Under the pieces are notes generated by a model. That model did no database searches, was not told the origin of the DNA, and was given only the letters and a program-made list of their open reading frames with translations. From an uncultured Acidimicrobiales bacterium (GTDB lineage Bacteria; Actinomycetota; Acidimicrobiia; Acidimicrobiales; SHLQ01): 49,318 nucleotides of DNA. The position numbers and the translations under genes were made by a program. This document shows, piece by piece, positions 46,486 through 49,318 of this stretch (position 1 is its first letter; each line of letters opens with the position of its first letter). Location: positions 1 through 49,318 of the forward strand of contig CAZTDG010000003.1 in NCBI GenBank assembly GCA_964612655.1, read 5' to 3'.

Positions 46486-47570
46486 TGCTCGGTATTCGAC
46501 TGGCACGACGAGAGACCCGACTTCCCGGCGGACAGGTTCTCGCCATTCTTCTCGGCCTGGCGATCGCGCTCGTACTGGGTGCGATCTTGTTGACCGCTAC
46601 TGGGCACTCAGCGGGCGAGGTCTACGCAGAGATGTTCGACTCCGCGCTGGGGTCTCGGCGTGGATGGTCGGCAACGCTCACCCGCGCTGTACCGCTTGGC
46701 CTTGCTGGTCTAGCCGTGGCCGTCGCCGGATCGATGGGCATGTGGAACATCGGTGCCGAAGGCCAGATCATCGCTGGTGCGATCGGCGCGGCATGGGTGG
46801 CACGGCTGATCCCTGGTGTCCCGGGCCCCGCGCTAATACCGCTCATGTTGATCGGCGGCGTACTCGGCGGCGCAGTCCTTGCACTTGGACCGGCCTGGGC
46901 GCGCTCGCAACTCGGCGTGAACGAGATCATCACGACGCTCATGTTGAACGAGGTCGCGATCCGGATCGTCAGATTCCTCGTGAATGGGCCGTGGAAAGAT
47001 CCGTTGGGAAACAACTTCCCCGTCGCCCCTGAACTCCCCGAGCAAGCAGCGCTCCCGATCCTGTTCGAGCGGGCCCACATCGGCGTGATCATCGCCGCAG
47101 TCGTGGTCATTGGCTTCGGTGCGTGGTCCTCACGGAGCAAGTGGGGCTACGAGCTTCGCATCGCCGGTTCGTCGGCTCAAGCCGCTGAGTACGTCGGCAT
47201 TTCGCTTCGAACGAAGGTCTTCACGGTATTGCTTCTTTCCGGGGCCATCGCCGGGCTCGCTGGCGGAATCGAACTCACCGGCAACTCATCGCGAATCGTC
47301 GAAGGCGTCGCCAATGGATTTGGGTTCGCCGGAATCATCGTTGCTGCTCTTGCCCTCATGCGCCCATCAGGCGTGGCAGCGGTAGCCGTAGCGTTCGGCG
47401 CGGTTCAGATCGGCGGCGAAGCCATCCAGACCACCGGCGTTCCGCCCTCGATCTCGAACGTGCTGCAGGCGCTGATCCTGTTCGGGGCCCTCACGGCAGC
47501 GGTCTTCACGGAGTACCGATTCGTCCGAGCCGGACAGACCACCGGTGTGGTCGAGGCGGCAACGTCATGA
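46485..47570 (+). CDS. ABC transporter permease (BMP/nucleoside type, first)
   Basis: 361 aa, polytopic. TAATG start/stop overlap with the ATPase gene. Confidence 0.85.
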   Translation: MLGIRLARRETRLPGGQVLAILLGLAIALVLGAILLTATGHSAGEVYAEMFDSALGSRRGWSATLTRAVPLGLAGLAVAVAGSMGMWNIGAEGQIIAGAIGAAWVARLIPGVPGPALIPLMLIGGVLGGAVLALGPAWARSQLGVNEIITTLMLNEVAIRIVRFLVNGPWKDPLGNNFPVAPELPEQAALPILFERAHIGVIIAAVVVIGFGAWSSRSKWGYELRIAGSSAQAAEYVGISLRTKVFTVLLLSGAIAGLAGGIELTGNSSRIVEGVANGFGFAGIIVAALALMRPSGVAAVAVAFGAVQIGGEAIQTTGVPPSISNVLQALILFGALTAAVFTEYRFVRAGQTTGVVEAATS

Positions 47571-48499
47571 ACGCGACCACCATCATCGGCCTGCTCGTCT
47601 CGGTCATCGAGTTCGGGACCCTCCTCTACCTCGCCGCCCTCGGAGAGACCATCGCAGAACGTGCCGGAGTTCTGAATCTCGGTGTCGAAGGCATGATGGC
47701 GATGGGAGGCATGACCGCGTTCTGGGTCGGCGTCGAGACTGGCAACCCGTGGGCTGCGTTGATCGCGGCGGTAATCGTCGGTGGAGCATTTGCGATGATT
47801 CACGGACTCGTCGCCGTCGTGCTCGGCGCGGATCAAGTCGTCAGCGGCCTCGCCCTCACCATCTTCGGACTTGGCCTGTCGGCATTTCTCGGTCGCGACC
47901 TCATCGTCGAACGGCCGAACGCAACCTTCGAGCCCCTACGAATCGGCCCACTCAGCGACATCCCGTGGCTCGGCGACACGGTCTTCTCAATGACCGCTGT
48001 CAGTTGGCTTGCCATCATCCTCGGCGTGATTACCTGGTTCGTCTTCACAAGGACTCGCGCCGGGCTCGCACTTCGCGCCGTTGGCGAAAGCGCAGCAACC
48101 GCTGACGCCGCAGGCACATCCGTTGTGAAGATCCGCCTCCTCGCTGTGGCGATCGGCGGCTTTCTGGCTGGAGCCTCGGGAGCCTTCCTCACGATTGTGC
48201 TCGCACCTGGATGGACCGAGGGCACCACCGCCGGACGTGGATGGATTGCGGTCGCATTGGTCATCTTCGGAGCATGGAAACCTGGCCGGGTGCTAGCCGG
48301 ATCGCTCCTCTTTGGCGGCCTGATCGCTCTCGAACCTCGGCTGCAGACCTTCGGTGTCGAAGTCAGCCCCATCTTGTTGAGCATGCTTCCGTTCGTGCTC
48401 ACCATCGTCGTGTTGGTGCTGTTCTCGATTCGTTCTAGAAACCGCCCAAGCGTCGCTCCGGCAGCGATCGGCCACGCCTATCGGCGAGAGGAACGCTGA
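47567..48499 (+). CDS. ABC transporter permease (BMP/nucleoside type, second)
   Basis: 310 aa, polytopic. ATGA overlap with the preceding permease gene. Confidence 0.85.
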   Translation: MNATTIIGLLVSVIEFGTLLYLAALGETIAERAGVLNLGVEGMMAMGGMTAFWVGVETGNPWAALIAAVIVGGAFAMIHGLVAVVLGADQVVSGLALTIFGLGLSAFLGRDLIVERPNATFEPLRIGPLSDIPWLGDTVFSMTAVSWLAIILGVITWFVFTRTRAGLALRAVGESAATADAAGTSVVKIRLLAVAIGGFLAGASGAFLTIVLAPGWTEGTTAGRGWIAVALVIFGAWKPGRVLAGSLLFGGLIALEPRLQTFGVEVSPILLSMLPFVLTIVVLVLFSIRSRNRPSVAPAAIGHAYRREER

Positions 48500-48556
48500 G
48501 CTCGGGAACCACCCGCCGCTCGAGCCCATTCAAGAAATTTCGGGATCGCGCCGTAA

Positions 48557-49162
48557 TTGAGCGCGCGGGCATCGATCAAACGGAGCGTTCCATTGACGGC
48601 ACTTTTCTATGAGGGGTCTCCACTTCTCCTCCAACAGTCCTTATTCGATGAACTTGATGAAGCTGACCTCCATCTCGCTTCACAAGAACAGATTGCGCTA
48701 CATCGACTTTCGGACTCGATTCGCCACGCGTTCGCGACCTTCGACAACCAAGGAGCGCTACTGGTCATCGAGGCGGCCATCGATGAGACGCAACCGGTTT
48801 CGCTTCGCGCTGACGTCTTGAGCCACATCATCGCCATGGCAAGAGCAAACGTCCGCCAAAGCGACATCGTCGAGAAAATCGATGACCTCACGATCGCGAT
48901 TGCGATGCCGGGCGCGGGTCGAATCGGTATGACCCGGGTCGCCGATGCTCTCCGCCAACGTGTGGGAAGCACTCGACCGACCGATCTGACCAGCATTGAA
49001 CCGACGACTATCACGATCGGCGCAGTTCACACGACAGAGTCACACCTCATCGATCCCAACGAACTCCTCCTGGCCGCTCGGGTAAACCTGGACACGGCCC
49101 GATCAGCCGGCGGAAATCGAACGAACTGGTCAGATTGGCCTTCGTTGGATCCAATCCCATGA
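48557..49162 (+). CDS. Stand-alone degenerate GGDEF-like domain protein
   Basis: Collinear with the GGDEF domain, but the active site is replaced: RQSDIVEKIDDLTIAIAMPG (GGDEF replaced by IDDLT), TITIGAV, LLLAARVNLDTARSAGGNR. TTG start, so N-terminus uncertain. Confidence 0.55.
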   Translation: MSARASIKRSVPLTALFYEGSPLLLQQSLFDELDEADLHLASQEQIALHRLSDSIRHAFATFDNQGALLVIEAAIDETQPVSLRADVLSHIIAMARANVRQSDIVEKIDDLTIAIAMPGAGRIGMTRVADALRQRVGSTRPTDLTSIEPTTITIGAVHTTESHLIDPNELLLAARVNLDTARSAGGNRTNWSDWPSLDPIP

Positions 49163-49212
49163 GCTAGCCGGCATCACCGCTGAGTCAAGGGGTCAACGGG
49201 TAATGTAGGTGG

Positions 49213-49318
49213 GTGCAACGCCGAGACGTAGTTGTCAGCATCATCGCGCTAGGCGTCGGCGGGACCGGATGCGCGGCAGCCAACACCACTGCGGCCGCCC
49301 CCCCCGAGGCCCCCGAAC
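49213..49318 (+). CDS. Partial CDS (N-terminus only): probable lipoprotein
   Basis: GTG 49213 gives VQRRDVVVSIIALGVGGTGCAAANTTAAAPPEAPE..., i.e. a signal peptide with lipobox GTGC. It runs off the right edge. Not in the track. Confidence 0.35.
   Translation, partial: MQRRDVVVSIIALGVGGTGCAAANTTAAAPPEAPE

Overview
GC-rich, gene-dense chromosomal segment with actinobacterial-style hallmarks: many GTG/TTG starts, 1-8 nt start/stop overlaps, lipobox lipoproteins and one consensus promoter placed for a leaderless mRNA. I call about 48 protein-coding genes, one partial at each edge. I recognise no rRNA, tRNA, CRISPR array, transposase, integrase or phage genes. All functional calls come from reading motifs in the supplied translations and from my own reverse-complementing; no database search or alignment was run.

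Modules, left to right:
1. SHMT-family enzyme, queF, a membrane/DUF1990 fusion and a MerR regulator.
2. 4.4-8.9 kb: a Mo-bisMGD oxidoreductase without a Tat signal, next to a fused 4x[4Fe-4S]-NrfD subunit whose frame is broken at a homopolymer, with a divergent LysR regulator.
3. Lysozyme-like protein, GntR regulator and an orphan CoxL-type large subunit.
4. 14.5-19.2 kb: WD40-like hypothetical, cobS, cobT and a NYN/LOTUS protein, with no cobN.
5. A ~234-nt rod-like nested inverted repeat in the only large non-coding gap.
6. 19.5-31.7 kb, an organosulfonate island: xsc, a divergent iclR plus a 930-aa FAD/FeS/CCG dehydrogenase, tetR, DUF1003, pta, tauCBA and a tpa-like aminotransferase.
7. usp, ATP-dependent DNA ligase, SRPBCC, DUF3445 and a Cys/Met PLP enzyme.
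8. Two tandem paralogous lipoproteins, a HisA-HisI-HisE triple fusion, MFS-fdhD, hemQ and an M20 peptidase.
9. A BMP-family ABC transporter interrupted by a terminator plus a small CesT/YbjN-like gene, then a degenerate GGDEF protein.

No canonical defence or mobile system is visible. The best candidates for something undescribed are:
- the rod-like structured element at 19320-19553;
- the IclR plus YdiJ-like dehydrogenase unit wired to xsc, a possible non-orthologous hydroxy-sulfonate dehydrogenase;
- the cytoplasm-facing SoeABC-like Mo enzyme with a B-C gene fusion;
- the hypothetical-cobS-cobT-NYN/LOTUS gene string.
All four are hypotheses that need database and experimental checks.
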